Assembly: GCA_029953675.1 (NCBI GenBank)
Contig: JAMWBK010000013.1
Span: 868,001-932,000, forward strand
Direction of reading: 5' to 3'
From: Rhodosorus marinus CCMP1338
Lineage: Eukaryota > Plantae > Rhodophyta
DNA: 64,000 nucleotides
The position numbers were made by a program, and so were the translations under genes. Position 1 is the stretch's first letter, and each line of letters begins with the position of its first letter. The notes below the pieces were generated by a model. It was not told the origin of the DNA and did not search any database. It was given only the letters and a program-made list of their open reading frames with translations. This document shows, one piece after another, positions 63,288-64,000 of the stretch.

Positions 63288-64000
63288 AAACTCACAAAAA
63301 AAAAATTTTCAAATCTATCCACCAGGCTCTATCTCCTTCCTCACTCGCTTCCCCTCAACTCTACTTCTTCCTTCCCTCCCTCCGCTTCTCCTCCCTACAC
63401 AAACAAACCTTCCCCAAAAGCCCTTTTGACGAAACCCTTCACTTTCCCCCAACATGTCATCATAAAAAAGAAACCAGTCGCCTCCCCCCCCTTTCACACT
63501 CTCTCCTTTTTAAAAATTTTGCTTTTCAATTGTAAAAAAAAATACTCCCAAAAAACTTTACCCCAAGTCCATGATCATTCCTGAGGAAATCCTCACGAAA
63601 ACAAAAACAAAAAACCCTCATTTAGAATAGAAACCAAACCCCAAATCACTCCCCCCCCCCCCCGCCCCCGCACCTCTCAAGAAAACTAACTAGAAGACTA
63701 GTGGCCAAAAAGCTTTTCATCTATAATAAATAAAAATATCCCCAAACTGATCATTTTAATATCAATTACAGATATTGTATTTCATATGGTTAATATATTT
63801 AATCCACTCCAGGCGTGATTCGCGTATTCGGTTGTTTATTGGTTAACATTATACTGAATTAACCAATCTAAAAGCTCCATCTCTCAAAATTTTGGTATTT
63901 AGTTGACGGATCAAATCGTTGGAGGGGGGAGTGAGGATGGATTCCCATCCCCTGGGTATTAACTTATGCAATGAGTTTGAGATCTAATGCTGTGGTAATT

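Overview
Gene-dense, intron-containing eukaryotic nuclear DNA. Short GT-AG introns (mostly 60-110 nt) and transit peptides beginning M-x(1-5)-GFV suggest a red alga (inference, not a database result). Recognisable genes in order: cullin-3-like (5'-truncated), syntaxin-18/SYP81, a GT90/CAP10 glycosyltransferase, a small plastid-targeted unknown, SF3A2, RPL3, a SIRT4-like sirtuin, a UBAP2L/Lingerer-like protein, a LIG6-like DNA ligase, a lipocalin, TBCC, mitochondrial RsfS/Iojap, FAM192A/NIP30, organellar GatA, a tail-anchored unknown, MOT1/BTAF1, alanyl-tRNA synthetase, Alba, a SPOC-domain protein with RDEY repeats, and a plastid membrane unknown. I found no rRNA, tRNA, CRISPR array, transposase or viral genes. 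The most unusual features are non-coding or structural: (i) a near-intact inverted copy of the TBCC 5' coding region inside a local repeat array just upstream of TBCC; (ii) a decayed tandem copy of SF3A2 exon 3/intron 3 just upstream of SF3A2; (iii) a ~180/~315-bp repeat array filling the STX18/GT90 divergent promoter; (iv) a ~140-nt hairpin with a perfect 23-bp stem; (v) a duplicated GTAC-rich promoter module. I cannot demonstrate a new multi-gene system from sequence alone. The best candidate is recurrent local gene-fragment duplication into 5' flanks, possibly producing hairpin RNA.
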